From Bdellovibrionales bacterium (GTDB lineage Bacteria > Bdellovibrionota > Bdellovibrionia > Bdellovibrionales > JAGQZY01), in NCBI GenBank assembly GCA_964230645.1, contig CAXRHT010000003.1, positions 480,001 to 544,000 on the forward strand: a DNA stretch of 64,000 nucleotides, written 5' to 3'. This document shows positions 38,401 to 42,200 of the stretch, one piece after another. The notes below the pieces were generated by a model, which saw only the letters and a program-made list of their open reading frames with translations, was not told the DNA's origin and did not search any database. The translations under genes and the position numbers were made by a program. The stretch's first letter is position 1. The number at the start of each line of letters is the position of its first letter.

Positions 38401-40296
38401 GCCACGGGCTATGAAAATAACGCCGTTGTTTCACTGCAAAACCCTGCAACGAGTCCTAACAATGTTTCAACACCTACGATTCGTATCAACAACTTGGTGG
38501 CTGGTGTGACTTCAAGACTATATAGTGATGCGGGTTGTGCCAACGAAGTGAGTACAGACGTCGCTGTCAGTGCCACAACCGATGCCACCTCTTCCATCTT
38601 GACGGACAACACTTACGAGTTCCATGTCAGAGTAGAAGACTCCTATGGAAACATCACCGCGTGTTCAACAAGTAGTGTGGATTATATCCTGGACACAGGA
38701 ACTCCAGATCCTTCATTGTGGACATGGCTCATGAACAGTCCCAATGATGGGACGACTTCCTCTGATCCTACGCCTCAAATTAATATGAGTAGTGCCACCG
38801 GAGAGAATGGAACTTCTGTACAGCTTTACGATGAGGCGACCTGTACGAACAACGTAGGTTCACCCAGAACTGTGGCTTCGCAAGCCGCGAGTTTTACAGA
38901 TATCAGCTATCTTACCAATGGTACTCAAGACGGGCAGAAGACCTACTTCGCCATCGCTTCAGACATAGCCGGTAATATTTCAGGTTGTACACCAGTAGGA
39001 CTTGATTACTTCCTTGATCAAGTGAATCCGAACGCGGCCTCTGGACTTGCAACTGCAAGCGTTTGGCACACTCCCGATACCGCTTCAGCTCCACAATTTT
39101 CTTGGGCCGCCGTATCTGATCCAGCTCCATCAAGTGGGGTGGACAGAATTGAAGTGGCAATTTCTACCCAAGTCGGTGGTGGAAACGAAGCTGGAGGCTG
39201 GACAGCGCTTGCACCGGGAGCGACATCTCACACCTACTCTTCGGGCTTAGCACTAACAGAGTGTTCACCTTATTACCCAAGCATTCGAGTGGTTGATAAC
39301 GCACAGAACGTTTCAAATACCGTTACAGCCCCGTCATTTAGAGTGGACATCACCAACCCGACCGATCCTGTGATCTCTAGAGGTACAAATCAAAATACCA
39401 CTCAATCACCTACAATTAATATTGATACGGCGAGTACCGATAATTGTTCTTTCAGTCAGTACCAAGCTCTTGTTTCTAGAGACACCAACGACAATGGTTC
39501 TTTAGATCCAGGTGAAGAAGGAAACGTTCAAGCTTGGACCAATATTGGTAATGTGGCGACTTATCAATACTCGGGTGCTCTTGCTCCAGGAAGTCGTTAC
39601 ATTGTTTCTATCCGGGGAGTGGACGCTGCTGGTAGAACAAGTAACACGGTTAGCACTGATGCTTGGGGAATTCCAATCGAGTATATCGGTAGTTGGCAGC
39701 AAGGTCTCACCCATGTACCAACAGCTGGATCCAGTCGAATGCTGTTCGTAACAATGGCGATGGATGTTGAAAACAGTGATTCCGACCTTATCGCGATGAC
39801 CTATGGTGGACAGGCGATGTTCCAAGTGGGAGAAGCAAATGCGACAGCCACCAACAACTGGACCACGCGTACTGAAATTTGGGCTTGTAATGAGGCTTGT
39901 ATTTCTGCTGCGACAAACAATAACATCAACCCAACTTTTGCGAATGGTGCTGCAAAACATCCAAATTATGCGAGCGCGATGTTCCAATATGTTAATCAAG
40001 CTTCGCCAGTTTTTGATACAGCCAATAATCAGTCAACCAGTGCGCAAAACCTGACGACTCCGCTACTCAATGAAAATGAGACGGGCTTAAATGTGGCTTC
40101 TGTGGGTCATGGTAACACGGCTGTTTTCCTCGCTGTACCTCCTGGTTATACCGAATCAGGCGGTCAGACAAGTGCCCAATCTGAGCACAACTCTGGGCAT
40201 CTGGTCATTCAGACGGATGGAGCCAACACATATTTCTTTAACTCTAACAGCACACAACGTATGGCTGCGGTTGTTGTCCATATTAACCCTCAGTAG
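11410..40296 (+). CDS. Giant (9,628 aa) repetitive surface protein, probable lipoprotein adhesin with ~78 ASH/choice-of-anchor D-like Ig domains
   Basis: Single uninterrupted ORF; GAGGAG RBS before TTG; basic-hydrophobic leader ending FMVAC; ~115-aa repeats with YDFG..FT.TN.G..F.GG.(Y/F)PG.GG.C-x9-C.I.V.F.P..Y.(D/N)G; non-repetitive ~630-aa C-terminus. Confidence 0.92.
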   Translation: MILRLSLAKARNFILSCLTVPFMVACIADINEPLSSNNGLLVFSTSTSPSDQINQLDFGATAAAPGRSFETIFLINTGGKAIDSIKTTLTESEFVFEGGNYPGIGGDCAKDLSPGEACSIVLRFNPPTTTSYTGELNITYGDSAELVAARLDLKGQGTNPALLTVSETDPYDYGQQPLNTSGEHVFTISNVPDGAIAKRITEVALNPPYELKGGEWPGLGGTCTDKLLPGNTCSFVVTFTPTVVGPNLGEINVQYDNGITQVSADRDLTGVGVIPANLVIDMAPVYDFGTLIISQNATFTFTVTNAGGLDATSMTGAGLVFPFNFTGGSYPGAGGDCGTTLTPSATCTIEVQFAPINPGSFTSTLEIPYNNGAVLDTATRDIQGAAVTPALLTISDGPTLDFGVTAIGSSLTHAFTVTNSGGSQATAILDTGALAAPFDYSGVGYPGIGGDCNVTLAPGASCTLVLEFAPTVANIYNDQLEISYNDGLSGQLAQRDIQGTGVIPATLTITETDPYNYGSIPTGGFITHTFTVANTGGFSASSIAEVGLAAPFEFSGGAFPGAGGDCTATLLPGDSCTLEINFSPTVTGLQQDTIALNYFDGATNQTVNRDVEGSGVTPASLSINEAPLFDYGSPVLGSQTDHTFNVSNTGGFAASSIVGGGLLPPYEYKDGSYPGTGGSCTNTIAAGSTCSIVVTYSPTVVGVDNDTIEIDYFDGVNSQTATRDITGTGVVPAFLTLTEAPLYDYGTRAVGSSNLHIFTVNNVGGAPATSLAEIGLAAPYQFVGSAYPGTGGDCGTTLGAGASCTLYIEFAPTVIGNYNDQIQLDYFDGAALQQVTRDVTGNGAAPASLSISEAPTYDFGNVAIGGQDTHSLVITNSGGVPAVSLSGSTLTLPFDYEGSTYPGLSGDCTATLAPGATCSISLSFSPTALTTSNDTFTLSYNDGVGGQSVPRDVTGTGVNPAQLAIDQGPTFDYGTLATGSAQVNLFTVSNSGDVTANNIAVVNPLGLPFQYEGGTYPGTSGNCGTSLASGATCSIAVEYAPTATGSHSDTIDIQYDNGAIVTNTTRDVQGNGVNPALLVIDQSPLYNFGSVPTGATRTFIFTMTNTGSFLASGLSGAGLTPPFTYSGGSFPGTGGDCAATLAASSSCQIEVLYSPTNVATHTATMDVNYFDGANNQNSLRDLQGTGVAPALLEISNAPSFNFGTVATGSINTQVLTVSNSGGFQATAIADNLGLAAPFSFSGGTFPGVGGDCAATLAAGSTCLIEVSYNPVAPASDSDTIDIAYNNGVSAQNALRDLLGVAVNPAVIDITETDPYDFGTIATGGIRTHIFTLSNSGGITATGVAEVGLAAPFAFTGGAFPGTNGDCTSSIANGASCDIEIAYQPTVTGTQTDSIEIQYNDGSGSVSSLRQIQGTGAAPASITITETDPYDYGTLAQGGSATHTFTLTNAGGVDATVMSGGGLGAPFSFTGGSYPGAGGDCGATLVPAATCLIEVQFAPTTAAVFNDTIDINYFDGANNVTSARDITGTGAAPALLTISESNPYNFGLIANGGSVSHSFTISNAGGVPATAVAEVGLSAPFNYLGGSFPGTGGDCGATIGVGASCTIRVAFQPTATGVFPDTIDFTYNNGSAVVNSTRDVQGTATAPASIAISETDPYNYGTRAVGSVTSHIFSLTNSGGVSATAIADAGGLAAPFSYVGGSFPGTGGDCGATLAALASCNIEVIYSPTAAVTDTDTIDVNYNDGTGATNTTRDVTGTGALPANLSITETDPFDFGSVTVGSSQTHIFTISNGGGVAATTISEVGLAPPFAFAGGGGFPGAGGTCTATLGASASCDVVVEFTPAGSGFVSDTIDFSYFDGVNTQNVTRNIQATGLVPATLSISELDPYDYGTRPTGSINQHVFVVTNTGGTQASGMAGAGLNAPFRFEGGSYPGTSGSCAATLAVGASCNLVVEYAPVAVSPSDTDTIDMNYFDGANSQVSSRDLVGVAVTPALLTISESDPYSYGTLATGASRAHSFTISNTGGSQATAIAESTVAAPFRYTGAGNTFPGAAGDCGTTLAAGATCTIEVEYAPTVVNASDAGTITFGYNNGVSVQGVARTLSGVAVTPASITMDQGDPYNYGTVAQGASRNVVITLTNGGGFNATSLTEITLGGDFDFTGAGFPGTGGNCTATLTSGATCTIEVAFSPSSTGALAGTLSLQYNNGVSVVTETKALSGTGAAPALITISGTDPVDFGTVTQGSNTTILLTVNNTGAVNATGISGGGLAAPFGFTGGTYPGLGGTCGDPILPSTPCNIEIQFSPTTAVVSNGQVDINYNNGVGPQTTTRTLVGEGVAPALLTISGVDPYDFGTIANGGGIASVAFTINNIGSSSATAINETTLGGDFDFYLAGYPGSGGTCGASLPAGGSCNVVLEFTPTSLGPLSSTFTLQYNDGAAVQTESKDLQGVGGAPALLDIASSDPHDFGTAAIGSTNTVILTISNGGAVSATGMAAVASLSPPFNYTGVGYPGTNGTCGTSLATSATCDIEVQWVPAALGPQTQNISINYNDGTGATNFTHGVQGTGANPAQLAIQGVDPADFGNVTQGDTQTLILTVENTGDVNATGITETGLAGDYAFTAPGTFPGGAGTCTTTITNGSTCTIEVQVTPSSTGIIPGTITFDYNNGANNTSYSHGLTTNGLAPAVLAITPGPGNYDFGTRPVGSTNSNTFTLTNSGGSAATLIVGGGLSAPFTYSGGSFPGGGTCTGTLASGSSCTFVADYLPVAANGAESDTITIDYNDGAAAQQITLGLDAVSQTRATLTISESDPYNYGTLATGATRAHSFTISNTGEFQAGAITETTVAAPFRYTGAGNTYPGAAGDCGATLAGGATCTIEVEYAPTLVSAGDSGTITFGYNDGVAVQSVARTLSGVAVTPASITMDQGDPYNFGTVAQGASRNVLITLTNGGGFGATSITETTLGGDFDFTGAGFPGTGGNCTTSLLSGASCTIEVQFAPASTGALAGTLSIQYNNGVTTVTETKALSGSGAAPALITISGTDPVDLGNVTQGSNSTVILTVNNTGAVNATGISGGGLSAPFGFTGGSYPGTGGTCGDPILPSTPCTIELQFSPTTAVVSNGQVDINYNNGVGPQTTTRTLVGTGVAPALLTLSGVDPYDFGTLANGGGIAAVTVTVDNIGSSSATAMSETTLGGDFDFYLSGYPGNGGTCGASLPAGSNCTVVLEFTPTSLGPLSSTFTLQYNDGAAVQTESKALQGVGGAPALLDIATSDPHDFGTRAIGSTNTVILTVTNGGAVAATTIADAATLSPPFNYTGTGYPGTNGTCGVSLNSGASCDLEVQWVPASTGVQNQNITLNYNDGTGATSFVHGLQGTGANPAQLAIQGVDPADFGNVTQGDTQILILTVENTGSVNATGIAETGLAGDYAFTAPGTFPGGAGTCTTTITNGSTCTIEVQVTPSSTGIIPGTITFDYNNGANNTSYSHGLTTNGLAPAVLAITPGPGNYNFGTRPVGSTNSNTFTLTNSGGSAASLIIGGGLSAPFTYSGGSFPGGGTCTGTLASGSSCTFIVDYLPTVANGAETDTITVDYNDGAAAQQITLGLDAVSQTRATLTISESDPYNYGTLATGATRAHSFTISNTGEFQASAIGESTVAAPFRYTGAGNIYPGAAGDCGATLAGGATCTIEVEYAPTLVSAGDAGTITFGYNDGVAVQSVARTLSGVAVTPASITMDQGDPYNFGTVAQGASRPVIITLTNGGGFGATSITETTLGGDFDFTGAGFPGTGGNCTASLLSGASCTIEVEFAPTVTGALAGTLTVQYNNGVSTVTETKALSGNGAAPALITISGTDPVDFGSVTQGASNTLLLTVNNTGAVNATGISGGGLAAPFGFTGGSYPGSGGTCGDPILPSTPCTIELQFSPTTAVVSNGQVDINYNNGVGPQTTTRTLVGTGVAPALLTFSGTDPYDFGTIANGGGIASVTVTVDNIGASSATAMNETTLSGDFDFYLSGYPGNGGTCGASLPAGSNCTVVLEFTPTSLGPLSSTFTIQYNDGAAVQTEAKDLQGVGGAPALLDIATSDPHNFGTRAIGSNNTVILTVTNGGAVAATTIADGLSLTPPFDFTGGSYPGSNGTCGASLATGANCDIEVQWIPAATGLQSQNITLNYNDGTGAATFTHGLQGTGANPALLSIQGADPADFGNVTLADTQTLLLTVENTGGVAATAVVESGLAGDYAFTAPGTFPGGGGSCPTTISSGSTCTIEVQVTPSSTGVISGNVTLDYNNGATNTSYTHGLTTNGLSPATLAITPGPANYDFGTRPINSVNTNTFTLTNGGGSPATGIVGGGLASPFVYSGGSFPGGGTCTGTLAAGSSCTFVVDYLPTVANGAETDTITIDYNDGTVAQQTTLGLDAVSQTRSLLTISESNPYNYGTLATGATRANTFTITNTGEYQATAISETTIANPFRYTGAGNTFPGAAGDCGTTLNGGASCTIEVEYAPTVVSGADSGTITFGYNDGVAVQSVARTLSGVAVTPASITMNQGDPYNFGTVAQGASRNVLITLTNGGGHGASAITETTLGGDFDFSGAGFPGTGGNCTATLLSGASCNIEVAFAPGSTGALAGTLSIQYNNGVSVVTETKALNGTGASPALITISGTDPVDFGNVTQGSSTTTLLTVNNTGSVNATGISGGGLGAPFSFTGGSYPGLGGDCGDPILPATPCTIEVRFAPTAAVVSNSQVDINYHNGVSPQTTTRTLVGTGIAPALLTFSGVDPYDFGTIANGGGIASVTVTVDNIGSSSATGINETTLGGDFDFYLSGFPGNGGTCGASLPAGSNCTVVLEFTPTSLGPLASTFTLQYNDGAAVQTEAKDLQGVGGAPALLDIATSDPHDFGTRAIGSTNVVVLTITNGGAVAATAIADAATLTSPFSYTGAGYPGSNGTCGASLASGASCDIEVSWVPAATGLQNQTVTLNYNDGSGATSFTHGLQGTGANPALLSIQGADPADFGNVTLADTQSLLLTVENTGDVAATSVSESALAGDYAFTAPGTFPGGGGSCTATIGGGATCTIEVQVTPSSTGVISGNVTLDYNNGATNTSYTHGLTTNGLSPATLAITPGPANYDFGTRPINSVNTNTFTLTNGGGSPATGIVGGGLASPFVYSGGSFPGGGTCTGTLAAGSSCTFVVDYLPTVANGAETDTITIDYNDGTVAQQTTLGLDAVSQTRSLLTISESSPYNYGTLATGATRAHTFTIANTGEYQATAISETTVTNPFRYTGAGNTYPGAAGDCGATLNGGASCTIEVEYAPTVVSGADSGTITFGYNDGVAVQSVARTLSGVAVTPASITMNQADPYNFGTVAQGASRNVLITLTNGGGHSATSLTEITLGGDFDFTGAGFPGTGGNCTASLLSGASCNIEVTFAPGSTGALAGTLTLQYNNGVTTVTETKDLSGAGAAPALITISGTDPVDFGNVTQGSNNTLLLTVNNTGAVNATGISGGGLSAPFGFTGGAYPGSAGTCGDPILPSTPCTIEVRFSPTTAVVSNGQVDINYNNGVGPQTTTRTLVGTGIAPALLTFTGADPYDFGTVANGGGLASVTVTVNNVGSSSATAMNETTLGGDFDFYLTSYPGNGGTCGASLPAGGSCDVVLEFTPTSLGPLASTFTIQYNDGAAVQTEAKALQGVGGAPALLDIATSDPHNFGTRAIGSNNTVILTITNGGAVAATGIADAATLSAPFDYTGTGYPGTNGDCGASLASSASCDIEVQWIPSSTGLQTQDITLNYNNGTGATAFVHGLQGTGANPALLSIQGADPADFGNVTQGNPRVLLLTVENTGDVNATGITESGLAGDYAFTAPGTFPGGGGNCTTTISSGGTCTIEVRVIPSSTGAVTGNVTLNYNNGATNTSYTHGLTTNAISPAILAITPGPANYDYGTRPINSTNTNTFTLSNSGGSPATSIVGGGLASPFIYSGGSFPGGGTCTGTLAAGSSCTFIVDYLPTTANGAETDTITIDFNDGVALQQTTLGLDAVSQTRANLTISESNPYGYGTLATGATRAHTFTISNTGEFQATAIAETTVAAPFRYTGAGNVFPGAAGDCGTSLNGGATCIIEVEYAPTVAPSADSGTITFGYNDGVAVQSVARTVAGTAVTPASITMNQGDPYNFGTIAQGSSTNVVITLTNGGGATATSVSETTLGGDFRFTGAGNTFPGGAGNCTATLTSGASCTIEVEFAPSSTGALAGTLTIQYGNGVTTVTETKALSGTGAAPALITISGSDPVDLGSVTQGASTTTLLTVNNTGAVNATGISGGGLAAPFGFVGGSYPGTGGSCGDPILPSTPCTIEIQFSPTAATVSNGQVDINYNNGVTPQTTTRTLVGTGVAPAQLTITGADPYDFGTIASGGGVQSVTFTVQNVGASSATAITETTLAGDFDFYLTTFPGTGGTCGASLAAGASCDVVLEFTPTALGPLAETFTLQYNDGAATQSINKDLQGVGGSPALLDIATSDPHDFGTRAIGSTNTVILTVTNGGSVAATGMADGATLSSPFAFTGAGYPGTNGDCGASLASGASCDVEVQWVPAGTGLQAQTMTINYNDGTGATNFTHGLQGTGANPALLSIQGADPVNFGSVTQGDTQSLILTVENTGDVSATTITESGLSGDYSFTAPGTFPGGAGNCTATLTSGSTCTIEVQVSPTSTGAISGTITLNYYNGANNSSYNHGTLTNGIAPAVLAITPGPGNYNYGTRPINSTNTNTFTLTNSGGSPATGIVGGGLVAPFVHSGGSFPGGGTCTGTLASGSSCTFVVDYLPTVANGAETDTITIDYNDGAVVQQATLGLDGVSQTRANLTISETDPYNFGVLANGATRSHIFTIANTGEFQATAISESTLVAPFRFTGAGNTFPGAGGDCGALLAGGASCSIEVEYAPSAAPAADSGTITLGYNDGVAVQSVARTLSGTAVTPANITMDQADPYNFGTLAQGASRNVLITLSNGGGHGATALSETTLSGDFDFTGAGFPGANGTCTGTLASGSSCTVEVAFSPTATGALSSTLTFQYNNGASTVTETKVLNGTGATPALVTISGSDPVDFGSVTQGSSTSLTLTLNNTGTVNATGISGGGLTAPFAFTGGSYPGSAGTCGDPILPATPCTIELQFSPTSPVVSTSQVDINYNNGAGAQTSTRTLTGEGIAPALLTMSLGDPYDFGTVANGGGIRSQSFTITNIGSSSATGMNEIGMGGDFDFYLTTYPGNGGNCGASLPPAGTCTVVLEFTPTSLGPAASTFDLQYNDGVNTQNLTKDVQGVGGNPAVLSISDGPTYNYLSKAIGSSTSHLFTVTNTGAVTAISMADAGTLNPPFVFTGSGYPGDNGDCGATLASSATCTIEVAYEPTSPGSSTETVTLSYNDSINNQTASVGVTGTATTAANLSITGVDPVDFGSVTQGASSNVVFTLNNSGGVAATAITEVGMSLPFRFRGGSYPGTSGTCGTSLSSGLSCDIDVEFLPTTSGFVSQTIDINYFNGQSTQSVTRDVQGTGLDPAILGISEVNPYSFGTRPIGSSTLHVFTVTNTGGSEATGMAGGPLSSPYRFEGGTYPGTSGDCGTNLIAAASCTIAVEFLPVTTNPSYTDTITINYTDGASGQVSTRDIVGVAVNPAQLSISESDPYNFGSHPTGDNVTHIFTISNTGGVTATGIVENGLAAPFTYVGGTYPGTGGDCSPNLAAGDSCTIEVQYTPATVATHPDTISFDYNNGVNPRTETRDVTGTGVTPAIIDISESDPYDFGSVAEMSSRTHFFTLTNNGSVNATSITESTLSAPYQFAGGGGFPGAGGDCTATLAPAASCTIEVEFAPTTTGVFNDSITIQYNNGASTTSRIRTITGTGTSTANLVITESPSYDFGNVTSGGGTRTHIFSITNTGGVDATGVLGGGLSSPFSYTGGSFPGSGGNCADPIPASSTCQIEVSFTPVANVLTSDSIEVDYNDGVAPRQVTRLVQGTGVAPALLTISESDPYSYGIVPISGGFRDHLFTVTNSGNSVATGISEIGLAAPFDFADGSFPGTGGDCGTSLGVGASCDIVIRYTASAIGAQADTISLQYNNGASSSTSNRDVQGTGGQPATLSITGADPYNYGTVSVGATVTQTFTVQNTGAVAATSISDAGTMAAPYTYRGGSGFPGTSGTCTATIAPGGSCTIVVDYTPSALGAQADDIELQFDNGVITTSFTHGVTGTGASVANLTISETEPYDFGTVPVGGNLDHIFTINNTGGVPATGITGVGLSAPFSFSGGAFPGTNGTCGTTINNGVPCTIEVRYSPAATGTLSSNINLQYNNGTSVVNSIRGVQGTGAAPASLTISDGPGNYNYGVVTIGNSPTRTFTITNNGGVDATAMSGSGLSAPFTFAGGSGYPGGGTCGATLLPTASCTVVVEYAPSATGTLNDTIEISFNDGVGVQTATRGVQGTGQNPGLLTISDGPTHSFGTVTVGNSRDYTFTVQYTGDASATSVADGAGLAAPFDWKDGVYPGTGGTCGTSISADCTIVVTYAPTLASAGDNDQIVINYNNGANAVNATRDITGVAADPALLTISETDGYSLGNVVTNATTSHVFIVTNTGNTDATSVSEIGIGAPYRYRGGSYPGTSGNCGGTLTAGNNCSLDIEFAPVATGAAPETINVSYNNGVSTQSVQRNITATGIAPANITISETDPYDFATVAIGSSRARLLTLENTGAATATGMTGAGLAGQFSFRGGGGYPGAGGDCDADLTPGETCLIEVAFAPTATGLDSDTIDINYNDGAAAQTSSRDVQGTGANPALLTISESDPFNFGTHATGSTAEYTFTVTNSGGVNATAVADGLGLAAPYDWKNGTYPGTGGTCGTTITTSTPCTVVVTFSPTIAGTQNDAIVINYNNGVGVVNTQRQVEGVGADAANLTISDGPTFDWNIVTVGFSAQYTFTITNTGDISATSVGGTGLGSPYSFFGGSGYPGGGTCLTSIAPGASCTVIVEFTPTGSGTANDTMQITYNDGVTSQISNRDMTATGYENNAVVSLQNPATSPNNVSTPTIRINNLVAGVTSRLYSDAGCANEVSTDVAVSATTDATSSILTDNTYEFHVRVEDSYGNITACSTSSVDYILDTGTPDPSLWTWLMNSPNDGTTSSDPTPQINMSSATGENGTSVQLYDEATCTNNVGSPRTVASQAASFTDISYLTNGTQDGQKTYFAIASDIAGNISGCTPVGLDYFLDQVNPNAASGLATASVWHTPDTASAPQFSWAAVSDPAPSSGVDRIEVAISTQVGGGNEAGGWTALAPGATSHTYSSGLALTECSPYYPSIRVVDNAQNVSNTVTAPSFRVDITNPTDPVISRGTNQNTTQSPTINIDTASTDNCSFSQYQALVSRDTNDNGSLDPGEEGNVQAWTNIGNVATYQYSGALAPGSRYIVSIRGVDAAGRTSNTVSTDAWGIPIEYIGSWQQGLTHVPTAGSSRMLFVTMAMDVENSDSDLIAMTYGGQAMFQVGEANATATNNWTTRTEIWACNEACISAATNNNINPTFANGAAKHPNYASAMFQYVNQASPVFDTANNQSTSAQNLTTPLLNENETGLNVASVGHGNTAVFLAVPPGYTESGGQTSAQSEHNSGHLVIQTDGANTYFFNSNSTQRMAAVVVHINPQ
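17380..34290 (+). repeat. Higher-order tandem repeat: 7 copies of a 7-domain, 805-aa (2,415-bp) unit
   Basis: The equivalent Gly codon of domain A lies at 17422, 19837, 22252, 24667, 27082, 29497 (spacing 2,415) and 31918 (2,421, after a 2-aa insertion). The last copy is more diverged in its second half. Confidence 0.9.
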
Positions 40297-40305
40297 GAGA
40301 GTGCA

Positions 40306-40761
40306 ATGAAGATGGTTGTTATCTTATTAACATTTCTAAGCATACAGGCCCAGGTTGAGCCCGAAGGCTCCTACACCCAAGAAGAATTGGCGGAAGTGAC
40401 CGACTATCTAACCCTGCTTCAATCTATCCCTTTTCCTTGTGACGAATTAGAGGGAGAAAAAAAATGTGAGAAAAATCTAATTTACGATAAAGCCACTGAT
40501 CAGATTCATGTAATAGTGAGTGATAATCGTAAAAAAGAAAATGGTGATTTAGACATCAATGAAGTTTTACGTGATCCCTCGTCTTACGGCGGAAATCTGA
40601 ACTCTATCAATCTCAGAGAAGAGTTCAATAACGAAGAACATCCCTTCAAATCGGTGCAAGCTCAATTCGTTAGGGATGAAAACGACAAAAAGAATCTCAA
40701 CAAACAGAAAATTAAAATCCAGGTTCGCTTTGGTGATCAGGCTCTCCAAAAAGAGTTTTAA
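40306..40761 (+). CDS. Small secreted hypothetical protein
   Basis: AGGAG RBS overlapping the giant gene's stop; signal peptide (IQA|Q); two Cys. Confidence 0.75.
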   Translation: MKMVVILLTFLSIQAQVEPEGSYTQEELAEVTDYLTLLQSIPFPCDELEGEKKCEKNLIYDKATDQIHVIVSDNRKKENGDLDINEVLRDPSSYGGNLNSINLREEFNNEEHPFKSVQAQFVRDENDKKNLNKQKIKIQVRFGDQALQKEF

Positions 40762-40844
40762 AAAGTAAATTTCCCCCCAATCAATCATGACTCATCTTTG
40801 CATCATCTTTTGTTTTTTTAACGAGAATAAAGTTTAATTAAACC

Positions 40845-42020
40845 ATGACCTTAACAAATCTCTTAAAAATAATATTTCTGCTTCTACTAGTCAGTTGCTC
40901 TTGGTTTCAGTCAAAACCAAGCCCACAAAATAAAAATCAGCCCAAAATGGTTAAGGCTAAAGAGGAGTGGGGTGAGAAACCTCTTTTCGAATTGAAAGAA
41001 CTGCGAGAAGACCTTCTTGCAAAATCGGGTCCCTTCGAATTGAGTAGGAAAGAAATCGAGCAGGACACTTACCTTATTGACCTGCAAAAACAACACAGAA
41101 AAGCTCTTGAGAGACAAAAAAGAGGAGAGCTCAGCGAAAAGCATTATTTGCCAGCTTCTTTAGAGTCCGAAATTTTTCGGAGAAAACTCTTTCTAATTGA
41201 TCGAAAAATTAAAAACAAAGCTCTTGTTGCCGAAGCGAAAAAAGTAGGGATGCCTCTAAGAGAATTCACTCAAAAGTACGTTTTTGTAAAAGTTCAGGAA
41301 CAAGTCAGTGACACTCTCATTGAGAATTACAAGAACAGTCATAGTGTCCCTAATGTCACAAATCCCAATGAATGGATACGACAGCAAATCGTTGAAGACA
41401 ACAAACAGCGCTCACAAGATTATTTTCTCGAAAAATTTGTGCTTAAGCTCCCTATTGAAGTGAATCTTAAAGCACCTAGTTTTCCTTTGGATGTGAAAAC
41501 CGAATGGGTTCCAAGTGAGGGACCTAAAAACTCAAGTCTCCCGGTGCATCTATTTGCCGACTCCATTAGCTCCCCTAATATTAAAGCCACAAAAGCTTTG
41601 CTTGATGTGGCTTCTCGTTTTGAAAATCTTTATGTGGGAATTCATCCCATCATCAATGCGAAAGAGCCTTTCCGCTACATGGGAGCTATGATCCGATTTT
41701 GTGTCAACGATACAAGTCCCAACGTTTATTTTGAATTTTTAGAAAAGTCTTTAGGAAATCACAAACAGGAAACGGAATCAGTTCTTCTCAATTTAGCCGA
41801 TGAGATGGGCCTGCCAAGAAATGAAATTTTCGATTGTCTCAGAGAACAAAAATTCAAAGATGTTCTAGCTTATCATAGTGAGTTCAACCAGTATCTTGGG
41901 ATTCAAGCCGGACCGATTCTTTACGTCGATGGGGAGATCCTGACCGGAGCTTTCGGGGAAAAGCAAATTGAGGCTATTTTTTGTCGCAAACTCAATTTGA
42001 ACTGTTCAGCCATGTGGTAA
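40845..42020 (+). CDS. Lipoprotein with helical N-domain and DsbA-like thioredoxin fold lacking CxxC
   Basis: Lipobox LVSC; PSEGPKNSSLPVHLFADSISSP at the usual G...A.V....FSDFQCPFC position; LGIQAGPILYVDG cis-Pro loop. Confidence 0.7.
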   Translation: MTLTNLLKIIFLLLLVSCSWFQSKPSPQNKNQPKMVKAKEEWGEKPLFELKELREDLLAKSGPFELSRKEIEQDTYLIDLQKQHRKALERQKRGELSEKHYLPASLESEIFRRKLFLIDRKIKNKALVAEAKKVGMPLREFTQKYVFVKVQEQVSDTLIENYKNSHSVPNVTNPNEWIRQQIVEDNKQRSQDYFLEKFVLKLPIEVNLKAPSFPLDVKTEWVPSEGPKNSSLPVHLFADSISSPNIKATKALLDVASRFENLYVGIHPIINAKEPFRYMGAMIRFCVNDTSPNVYFEFLEKSLGNHKQETESVLLNLADEMGLPRNEIFDCLREQKFKDVLAYHSEFNQYLGIQAGPILYVDGEILTGAFGEKQIEAIFCRKLNLNCSAMW

Positions 42021-42200
42021 AATTTATCAAATTTCTCAGCCGGCTATGTTTTTAAACAAAGCTTTCCCGAAGCTTGTGAACATTTTTCATTTAAGATTCA
42101 TTTAAGAATAAACCTACATAAATGGTGCTTAAATTCTTAAAGAGTTCTCGGACCGATAGTGGCAGATATCTCTTTCATTTAATTTTTATGGAGGATACCT

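Noticed and set aside
11410..40296. RTX/T1SS adhesin or autotransporter
   Set aside because: No GGxGxD nonapeptides, no C-terminal barrel and no transporter genes; an N-terminal signal and paired Cys point to Sec export.
11893..40309. Many short antisense and alternate-frame ORFs inside the giant gene
   Set aside because: They recur with the repeat period and are shadows of the biased codon usage of the main frame.
42130..42159. sigma28 promoter before the beta-barrel gene (ACCGATAG)
   Set aside because: Available TAAA boxes are 10 or 18 nt away, so the spacing does not fit.
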